The notes under the pieces were generated by a model, which was not told the origin of the DNA, did not search any database, and saw nothing but the letters and a program-made list of their open reading frames with translations. Positions 57,251-64,000 of a DNA stretch of 64,000 nucleotides are shown piece by piece. The position numbers were made by a program, and so were the translations under genes. The DNA comes from an uncultured bacterium. GTDB lineage: Bacteria > Krumholzibacteriota > Krumholzibacteriia > WVZY01 > JAKEHA01. Each line of letters starts with the position of its first letter. Position 1 is the first letter of the stretch. The stretch is from positions 10,402-74,401 of the forward strand of contig CAZULB010000001.1 of NCBI GenBank assembly GCA_964621155.1, in the 5' to 3' direction.

Positions 57251-59329
57251 TCAACGCGCCGCATCCGGATCGGGCAGGAAGAACGGCGTAATATCGTTCC
57301 ATCTGATTTTTGCCTGCCCGTCCAGCTCCGGGCCAAGATGGGTGACCAGGGGAGTCACCGAACATGAGCCGCGCTCGCCCTTCAAGATTTCGAAATCGTT
57401 GTTCATCGGGATGAGGAACGCGGTCGCCTGTCCGTGGTCGTCGAACAAACAGTCCTCGGTTGCGACCTGAACGTAGAGCGGCTTGCTGAAGTTCTCGCAG
57501 TCTCCCGACCGCTTCCACGTCCCCGCCGTGAACACGGCGAGGACTTGCATGGCCAGTCGCAGCTGATGAGCCTTGGTATCGACGGATCCGAAATACACGT
57601 AGAGCCCATCGGGACTTCCATACCAGACGGACTCGATCTTTCCTCCCTGCCCGAGCGTGTAGGTGTCCGTGCAATCGGCGATGGTTTCCGAGTATTCGCC
57701 GCCCGTGGTGATTTCGATCCTGGAGTCGTCGCTTGGCCCGAAGAGCACTGTGGTTTCGAACGGCTCCTCACCCGGCTCGTCGCGGAACGAATGAATATCG
57801 GCGCGGAAGCGGAGGCTTATTTTCATCTGGGCGGTTTGACTGCCGGGATCATCGCGGTCGTACGTCCACTCGCCCTTCCACTCGGTGAGGTTTACGGGAT
57901 TGCTAATGCGTGCATCGTCTCCGGTCCCGACCTTGACGACGACGGTGCCGGATGCATTGCTGCCCGTGTCGGGCAGGTCGCAGTTGATTTCCGACGGGAA
58001 CCACTCGACATTGTCGAGCCGCACGTCGTTGATAGTCACCTCACGGTTGCCTTCACCAGGATCGGTTCCGAAAAGCCCCGCGATGATGAGTCGGCGGCGA
58101 TCGGGGGTTTCGTCGACCGAGAGGAACTGGATGGTCGGCGACAGGAGACCGAAGTCGCCGTTCATCCGTGTCGGTGTGAGTACGGCGTTCTTGTATGGGT
58201 CATCCGTAAGCTGGCGGTGAACTTTCATGTCGTTCAGCACCTGATCAATGTTGAACGCCCGCTGCTTCGGGTCTTCGGGTGAGATTTCGTTCGTCCCCAA
58301 CAGACGGTCGAACAGGTATTTCATCGCTTTGTACGCGAACCTGTCATCCACCTGGGTGGTCCATCCCAGGTAGAGGGACGCACCGTTGTTCTTGAAGGCC
58401 TGTTGCATGTCGAACGCGGCAGCGGATGCACTCGAACATGCGTCGATGAAGACGAGGCTGTTTTTTCCGAAGCTCATGTTCTCCGCCACGAACCCGGCCG
58501 TGATTCCATAGTGGCACACATTCCGGCATTTCCCCTGCTCGTCGCGGCCTCGTTCCGTCATGATCACAAGATCACCGTTGTGGAGCATCTTGTTATACGA
58601 TTCGAGCGTGTTCCACTCGTGCGTCGTTGTCGTCCACAAACCGTAGACGGGAATCCCGTCATCGTTCTTCCCCACCCCTCCGTGCGTATCGAGGTAGAAA
58701 ATGCCGTTGCCACGAACTTTCTTCATGTCGTCAACACTGCCTTCGAGATCGCCTGCATTCACGTAGTGTCCCTTGCGCAGCAGCATCTTTAGGACTCCCA
58801 GAGGATTGACAAAACACGAGCCGATCGCATTGACGGCACGGAATGTGGGCTGCGCGGGAAGCTCGAGTCCCTTGGATGGAATGCGCATGGCTTTCATCAT
58901 CTGCCGGCCGGCCGGGATGGCAACACGCCTCGGGGGCGCGACCCGGCTCGGCGCTTGCGCAGCGACGTCGTCGATGAGCGTGTCGGTCGCAGCGCTTTGG
59001 TTGCGATTGTTGGGAAAGATCAGGGAAACGCCGTCCGTGAAGACGGCCCAGACCGTCGTCTCTCCCGGTGTGATGCCGGAGGACTTGATCAATGGTTGCT
59101 GGCTCAAGTAGCCGGCCGCGCGCACGGCGATGCTGTCCGCGCTCATTCCGTCCCACAGGTCGAGTTGCGCCGCGAAATCCTGCATCGCCTCGACACGAAG
59201 CGAGTCGATATGAGTGACCGCTCCGCCACCGCCCCCCCCGCCACCACCACCGGGATCCTTGGGAGCGGTTCCGTTGTCACTCGAGCACGCGGCAAACACG
59301 ATCAGGAGAAAAAGGGCGAAGCGTTTCAT
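57251..59329 (-). CDS. Lipoprotein with poly-Gly tether and caspase-like (clan CD, gingipain/legumain/clostripain-type) cysteine-peptidase-like domain
   Basis: Signal peptide with lipobox MKRFALFLLIVFAACS. A run of 12 Gly. Candidate catalytic dyad: His in YLDTHGGVG and Cys in SLVFIDACSSAS (H-G ... D-A-C). Confidence 0.55.
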   Translation of the reverse strand: MKRFALFLLIVFAACSSDNGTAPKDPGGGGGGGGGGAVTHIDSLRVEAMQDFAAQLDLWDGMSADSIAVRAAGYLSQQPLIKSSGITPGETTVWAVFTDGVSLIFPNNRNQSAATDTLIDDVAAQAPSRVAPPRRVAIPAGRQMMKAMRIPSKGLELPAQPTFRAVNAIGSCFVNPLGVLKMLLRKGHYVNAGDLEGSVDDMKKVRGNGIFYLDTHGGVGKNDDGIPVYGLWTTTTHEWNTLESYNKMLHNGDLVIMTERGRDEQGKCRNVCHYGITAGFVAENMSFGKNSLVFIDACSSASAAAFDMQQAFKNNGASLYLGWTTQVDDRFAYKAMKYLFDRLLGTNEISPEDPKQRAFNIDQVLNDMKVHRQLTDDPYKNAVLTPTRMNGDFGLLSPTIQFLSVDETPDRRRLIIAGLFGTDPGEGNREVTINDVRLDNVEWFPSEINCDLPDTGSNASGTVVVKVGTGDDARISNPVNLTEWKGEWTYDRDDPGSQTAQMKISLRFRADIHSFRDEPGEEPFETTVLFGPSDDSRIEITTGGEYSETIADCTDTYTLGQGGKIESVWYGSPDGLYVYFGSVDTKAHQLRLAMQVLAVFTAGTWKRSGDCENFSKPLYVQVATEDCLFDDHGQATAFLIPMNNDFEILKGERGSCSVTPLVTHLGPELDGQAKIRWNDITPFFLPDPDAAR

Positions 59330-59430
59330 GCGGCCACCTACCGGGGGTCACGGTTGTCTGGTGCTGGCTGTGGACCGGTAGACGAACCAGGACCGCCGAA
59401 ATCATGCGGCGACCGAAAAAAGGCCGGGGG

Positions 59431-60102
59431 CTAGCGCGTGCGGATGGAGCCGGGAGCAGAGGTGGCGATCACGTCGCCCTGGGAAAGGGCGAAAACCCGC
59501 CAGGTGAGGTCAAGGTGAGGCACCTGGTTGGGAGGTAGAACAGCGCGCTCAATGGTCAACGAAGTTGCCGCTGTATTCGACGAACGATAGATTTCGCCGA
59601 AGTCAGGGCCGTAGAGACGGACCTGGTACGCGTCGGCACCCGCGGCGGGAGTCCAGCTCAAAAGGATCCTCTCGCCTCCTGCGAGTTCTGCAGGATTGAG
59701 CGCAAATGCCTGCGACGACGTCGCGCTGTCGCGCAACGAGCTCTGTTCCGGTTCGCGGGTAGTCCAGAAAACCGCTGCGGCAATGACCACCAAGCTGGCC
59801 GCGAGGAGCGGGGCGGGACGCAACATGGCCTGCCACCGGGAGGCGCGCGCCGGCGCTTGCGACGCTTTCCAGCGTGAGGCGTCGGCACGAATTCGCGCAT
59901 CCAGCATGCCACGTGCGCGCTCGAGCTCTGAGCCCTCGACGGGTGCCGCCTCCACGAACGACTGATAGGAAGCCACGAGGCTCTTGCAGCGTGGACAGCT
60001 TTCCGCGTGCCGACGGACCGGGTCGTCGACCGGAAGTTCGAGCACCATCCCGGCCTCGCGCGTATCGATGCACTCGGCGTCCATGCGTTTCTCGTCTTTC
60101 AT
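59431..60102 (-). CDS. Anti-sigma factor with zinc-finger (zf-HC2-like) N-terminus and one TM
   Basis: H...C..C motif (RRHAESCPRCKSL). TM LLAASLVVIAAAVFW. Periplasmic C-terminal domain. 4-nt overlap (ATGA) with the upstream sigma gene. Confidence 0.65.
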   Translation of the reverse strand: MKDEKRMDAECIDTREAGMVLELPVDDPVRRHAESCPRCKSLVASYQSFVEAAPVEGSELERARGMLDARIRADASRWKASQAPARASRWQAMLRPAPLLAASLVVIAAAVFWTTREPEQSSLRDSATSSQAFALNPAELAGGERILLSWTPAAGADAYQVRLYGPDFGEIYRSSNTAATSLTIERAVLPPNQVPHLDLTWRVFALSQGDVIATSAPGSIRTR

Positions 60103-60692
60103 TTTGCTTCCCTCCTTCGCTCCAGTGCAGCGCGAAGCTTCTTGCGCGCGCGCTGCAGCACGGTGCGCGCGCCCGAGGCGTTTTCCAGTTTCATGATACG
60201 TGTCACGTCATCGATTCTCATCCGCTCGACACAACGCAGCCAGATCGCCTGCTGTTCATCCGGTTCGAGCTCGGTGCGAATCATCTGCAACAGCCACTGC
60301 TCGTCGCGTTCTTCGTTCAGTGCCGCATCCGGCGTCGGCCTGCCGTCCGGCGCGGAGGTGACGGCGTCCTCGTCGAGCAGGTAACTCACATGCCGGCTGG
60401 CGTCGATGCATCGATTACGCGTCACCGCGAACAACCAGGACGAGAACTTGGCCCGTCCCTCGAATGTGCCCATCCGCTCCCAGACGCTGGTGAGCACGTC
60501 CTGGGAAAGATCGAGCGCGCGCTCCACGTCCCCGGTGTAACGGAAACACCACAGGTACACCGAGTCACGGTACCGCAACACGAGCTCGGTCGCGGCCGCA
60601 CGGCAGCGCTCCGCATCGCCGCCCGAACGGACAACGAGCAGAAGTTCCTCATCGGGGACAGTCTTGTCCCACCTGTTTGACGAAGCACCCAT
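60099..60692 (-). CDS. ECF (sigma-70 group 4) sigma factor
   Basis: Region 2 (ALDLSQDVLTSVWERMGTFEGRAKFSSWLFAVTRN) and region 4 (RMRIDDVTRIMKLENASGARTVLQRARKKL). Confidence 0.85.
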   Translation of the reverse strand: MGASSNRWDKTVPDEELLLVVRSGGDAERCRAAATELVLRYRDSVYLWCFRYTGDVERALDLSQDVLTSVWERMGTFEGRAKFSSWLFAVTRNRCIDASRHVSYLLDEDAVTSAPDGRPTPDAALNEERDEQWLLQMIRTELEPDEQQAIWLRCVERMRIDDVTRIMKLENASGARTVLQRARKKLRAALERRREAK

Positions 60693-60724
60693 GAATAATC
60701 ACGCGCAATCGGTGCGCCTGGCCA

Positions 60725-63628
60725 TCATCCCACGAAGGCGCGGGCGCGTCGATGTCGTATGAAGAGCCCGACGGCAACCAGGAAAAAAGCTCCTGCCAAC
60801 GCCTTCAGGGCGAAACTCAATGTTACCAGGCGCTTTTCAACGGGTAGTGTCCGTGCCCCATCGCCCACCACCGTGAAGCCGGACCAGTAGAAGGGATGCG
60901 CCCAACGCGTCATGTGGCTGGCGTCGAGTTGGGCGTGACGCAGTGCCGTAGCCACGGACTCGCCGTCGGAAAGATTGCGATAGAACGATCGCATGATGAC
61001 GGCCGTGGCCCTGTCATCCACCGGCCACAGGCTGGCGACCACAACCGGTACCCCCGCGCTCAAGAATGCGGCGGTCAGACCGATGGTTCCCTCTCCCGTG
61101 GTCATGCGGCCGCCGGCAGTTTCACACGCGGACAACACGGCGAGTCGCGCAGGGATATCCAGTTTCGCGATCTGCCACGCCCGCACGTACGGATCGGACG
61201 GAAACGTTCGTTCGATGGTGAGCGAATCCACGTCGGAAAGAAAACCGGCGCGCGTGTGCGTCGTGGCCGTGGCACGCGATGCAAGCGTCTCTGCGGTCGC
61301 ACTCTTCGTACTCCTCAGTTCGATCCCCGACCACCATGGAGAACGATCCACCAGCAGAGCATGCGACGCGATATGCAGCACATCGGCGCGGCCGGCGGCC
61401 TCCCCGAACGCGTCCGGCCCGCTCAGATCGGCAAGCGTTTCGACGTGACGATACTGCCGCGCCAGGTCGCGCACCTCTTTACGCGCTCCCGACAGCCCCA
61501 CCGCGGAGGCGCTGATTGCAACCACTCGCAGCGGCGTCTGAGGTTCCGGTCGGAGGGCGGTTCGCTGGAGCACGAGCACGCCGGCCGACGGAACCTGAAC
61601 GACATCCCGCTTCTGCATCAGCCCATCGTTTCCATCGCCGATGATCAGAAGGCCGAACGGAATCGACGCAAAGTATCCGTCCGGACACACGAACACGCGC
61701 GTCGATGCATCGACAATAGTCGCCGCGCCGCCCAGGATGTCGCGGCCGAGCGCGCGTTGTACGGCGACGAGCCGATCGACGCTGTATTCGTCGCGCAGTG
61801 AGTTATCCGTGCTGGCGAGCACGGTGCGCAGCAGTTGGACGCGTTCCTGGAGCCCCGACGCCGGGCCAGGCAGTTCGACGAACCGTAACGAGTCCGCCGT
61901 TACCGCGGCGAGAAACGACGCCTTCACCCCCACGCAGAAATCGAGCACCGCTTCTCCCGGGCGCAAAGCGGATTGCAAATCCGCCAGCGTCGCGGACTGT
62001 TCCGGCAATCGTGCCGCGTTACCCGAGGCGCCGGCTCGGGGTCGGTTGATGCGGTCGAGAAGTGCGCGTGTCTTGACGCGCTGAATCGCATCGAAGAAGG
62101 AGCGCTCACGAACCGACGGCGCGGCCGACTCGGGATACTCGAGCAATACGCGCCCCGCCTCGACTACATCCTGCGCCACCCATTGCCCGTAGACCTCGCG
62201 CCACTCTGCCGTGCTGATCCCGCCGCGCACCGCCGTGAGACTGTCGAGGGCAGCGTAATATGTCTTTGTGGCCTGCGCACGATCGCCCGCCACACGCAGA
62301 CACTTGCTTTCAAGAAACATCGCCGCGACCATGGCGCGTCTTTGTCCGTTGGTCAGAGCCACTTCCCGTGCACGTCGCGCGCATAGAAGGGCCTCCTGAG
62401 TGTTTCCGTTGTCGGCGTAGAGACGCCCGAGCACCAGGTTCGCTTCGGGCAGGTTCTCGGCGTAGAAACTGGTGCCGCGGGCCCTCATATGCCCGGACAG
62501 GAGTTCGATCGCGGCGGCGGCACTGTCGCTCGAAAGGGATTCGGCCAGGTCCACGATGAGCAGGTCACGATGCTGGGCTTCCAGCCCGCCGGTGCGAATC
62601 AGGCGGCGCATGATGCTCCTCGCGTTCGCGTGCCGGCCCTGTGCCACCCGGAGGACGGCAAGTTGGTAGTCCAGAACAGGAATCTGCTCCAGCGTCCCCT
62701 GCGTCTCGCACACGGCGCGCGTCTGGTCGAGCACCTTTTCGGCGGTTTCGTAATCACCCAGCTCCCCGAGTCGAGCGGACAGGTTGGTGGCGGGAATGAC
62801 CATCGCGACGGGGGACCTGAGTTCCTTCGCCAGAACCAGGGCACGTTGGAGATACTCCCAGGCCCGGCTCATGTCGCCCTGAAAGTTCTCCATGGCGGAG
62901 AGATTGTTGAGCGACCACATCTCGTTCATGCGGTCGCCCACCTCCCGCGCTGCCACCCACGATTGCTTGTACCACCGAATGGCCGCGGGCCCGTCGCCGA
63001 CGGCGCTGGCAATACGTCCCAATCCGATCAAGGGTTCAATTTCAAATCGCTTCGTGCCGGCGGCGTGGAAGAGCGCGAGTGCACGCTCGTATTCCTGCTT
63101 CGCGCGTTTCTGGTCGCCGGTAGCGTGGAAGACCATGCCGAGAGACGTGCGCGCCCACGCTTCGTCGACCGGTGCGTGCGCACGCTCGGCGAGCATCAGA
63201 CGGTGCTCGAACCAGCGAGCCGCCTCATCGGGCTGTCCGGCGCTCCAGCGCGCGAACCCTTTGAAACTCAGCGCGGGCATGAGACCCATCGTGTCCTGCA
63301 CGGACTCCGCGATGCGTATACCGGTGTCAATTTCGCGTTCGGCATCAGGATGCCCGAGCATCAGGAGCGCGCGCCCACGCTGTGTGATGGCGCGGCCGAA
63401 GAGCATCGAATCCCCGCTCGCTTCGGCGCGCCGCATGAAGGTGGACGCAATAGCACGGAGCGAGTCGTATTGTCCGGTAGTGAACAGATTCTCGCTGAGG
63501 TTGCGCAGGGAGTCTGCGGTTGTATGCGAGGACGGGGCCGGAGGCGCGGCACCCGACGTCAGCACGCCCGCGATCAGAAGCGAGCAGACGGCGAGCGTAA
63601 GACGACGGGCGCGGGAAAGGGCAACCAC
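60725..63628 (-). CDS. TPR-repeat CHAT-domain protein (caspase-like) with N-terminal signal peptide and C-terminal TM anchor
   Basis: Multiple TPR helices. C-terminal CHAT signature: His (ADVLHIASHALL) and Cys (LAVLSACETAGG) motifs. Terminal hydrophobic segment LKALAGAFFLVAVGLFI. Confidence 0.75.
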   Translation of the reverse strand: MVALSRARRLTLAVCSLLIAGVLTSGAAPPAPSSHTTADSLRNLSENLFTTGQYDSLRAIASTFMRRAEASGDSMLFGRAITQRGRALLMLGHPDAEREIDTGIRIAESVQDTMGLMPALSFKGFARWSAGQPDEAARWFEHRLMLAERAHAPVDEAWARTSLGMVFHATGDQKRAKQEYERALALFHAAGTKRFEIEPLIGLGRIASAVGDGPAAIRWYKQSWVAAREVGDRMNEMWSLNNLSAMENFQGDMSRAWEYLQRALVLAKELRSPVAMVIPATNLSARLGELGDYETAEKVLDQTRAVCETQGTLEQIPVLDYQLAVLRVAQGRHANARSIMRRLIRTGGLEAQHRDLLIVDLAESLSSDSAAAAIELLSGHMRARGTSFYAENLPEANLVLGRLYADNGNTQEALLCARRAREVALTNGQRRAMVAAMFLESKCLRVAGDRAQATKTYYAALDSLTAVRGGISTAEWREVYGQWVAQDVVEAGRVLLEYPESAAPSVRERSFFDAIQRVKTRALLDRINRPRAGASGNAARLPEQSATLADLQSALRPGEAVLDFCVGVKASFLAAVTADSLRFVELPGPASGLQERVQLLRTVLASTDNSLRDEYSVDRLVAVQRALGRDILGGAATIVDASTRVFVCPDGYFASIPFGLLIIGDGNDGLMQKRDVVQVPSAGVLVLQRTALRPEPQTPLRVVAISASAVGLSGARKEVRDLARQYRHVETLADLSGPDAFGEAAGRADVLHIASHALLVDRSPWWSGIELRSTKSATAETLASRATATTHTRAGFLSDVDSLTIERTFPSDPYVRAWQIAKLDIPARLAVLSACETAGGRMTTGEGTIGLTAAFLSAGVPVVVASLWPVDDRATAVIMRSFYRNLSDGESVATALRHAQLDASHMTRWAHPFYWSGFTVVGDGARTLPVEKRLVTLSFALKALAGAFFLVAVGLFIRHRRARAFVG

Positions 63629-63683
63629 GCGTCGATTATATACCTATCAGGCGCAGCCGGGCATAAGTGGCCGGGTGAATCAG

Positions 63684-63995
63684 TTACCGCGTGGGATCCA
63701 GTGCGGCCAGGCTCAGGCGGCCCACGTGGTCCATGCGAATGCTCCCGATGTAGAGGTCCCCGGCATAGGCATTGGCACTGGTGAGGGCGCCGTAATCACC
63801 CGCCGAGCTCTGGAGGTTGTGTTGAACCACGCCGGTGGTATCGATCCCGACCACCCATGCCATGTAGTGGTGATTGCGAAGGGACGGAATCGGGTGCGGA
63901 GCCTGCAACAGCGGCGCTTTGGCTACGAACTGGCGCACGACGGGATACCGACTCCAGCGCTCAAATGCCGGCGTGCGCGGTGACACGAGAGCCAT
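63684..63995 (-). CDS. Hypothetical protein (may extend beyond the window end)
   Basis: ORF-track frame only; beta-rich sequence; no motif recognised. Confidence 0.3.
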   Translation of the reverse strand: MALVSPRTPAFERWSRYPVVRQFVAKAPLLQAPHPIPSLRNHHYMAWVVGIDTTGVVQHNLQSSAGDYGALTSANAYAGDLYIGSIRMDHVGRLSLAALDPTR

Positions 63996-64000
63996 CCAGA

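Noticed and set aside
55809-57470. 553-aa plus-strand ORF
   Set aside because: Antisense to the 47-aa-repeat protein gene. The translation is Gly/Arg/Asp-rich with no motif. The sense ORF has a signal peptide, an RBS and a conserved C-terminal domain.
60896-63784. Plus-strand ORFs of 301 and 431 aa
   Set aside because: Antisense to the TPR-CHAT gene.
1-64000. rRNA, tRNA or mobile elements (IS, integrase, phage genes)
   Set aside because: I scanned the intergenic gaps by eye (all under 300 bp). None has tRNA-like length or structure that I could support. No transposase, integrase or recombinase motifs appear in any frame.

Overview
This is a high-GC (roughly 65-68% by eye) bacterial chromosomal window, densely coding and mostly on the minus strand. 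Five secreted proteins end in the same ~80-aa C-terminal domain (NPFNPxTxIxY...VYDxxGRxVRxL...GxDDRGxxVASGVYFYRxxAGxFxxTxKMVLLK). That domain looks like the Por/T9SS type-A C-terminal sorting domain. Together with the TonB-dependent receptors carrying carboxypeptidase-regulatory-like N-termini, this points to an FCB-superphylum organism (Gemmatimonadota-like or a related candidate phylum). I found no rRNA, tRNA, CRISPR array or obvious mobile element by eye.

Main content, left to right:
- A 3'-truncated lipoprotein gene, a TonB-dependent receptor and a partner lipoprotein.
- A PrsW-like intramembrane protease.
- A ~980-aa chimeric outer-membrane protein (HExxH zincin-like domain, beta-propeller, Omp85-like barrel).
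- An ECF sigma / anti-sigma operon co-transcribed with a 12-aa-repeat membrane protein, followed by a STAS-domain protein and ArfB.
- A first T9SS-type cargo protein, then housekeeping genes (THUMP RNA methyltransferase, DinB-like protein, M24 peptidase, TauE exporter, HtrA protease).
- A complete phosphate regulon, pstS-pstC-pstA-pstB-phoB-phoR-phoU, with unusually long PstC (841 aa) and PstA (554 aa).
- A six-gene TonB2/Ttp-type energy-transduction cluster (DUF3450, large ExbB-like, ExbB, ExbD, TonB, TPR protein), divergent from a second TonB-dependent receptor. Their shared promoter carries a 21-bp palindrome.
- A 25-kb accessory-like block: three T9SS-cargo proteins, a DUF885 protein, a porin-like barrel, a 1171-aa acyl-CoA dehydratase/activase fusion, and two giant repeat proteins (5 x ~230-aa repeats; 8 x ~47-aa repeats).
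- A caspase-like (clan CD) lipoprotein with a poly-Gly tether plus a truncated paralogous fragment of it, and a second ECF sigma / anti-sigma pair upstream of a TPR-CHAT membrane protein.

The most novel-looking parts are (a) the caspase-like lipoprotein + ECF/anti-sigma/CHAT neighbourhood embedded in T9SS cargo, and (b) the sigma / anti-sigma / ERA-repeat protein operon.
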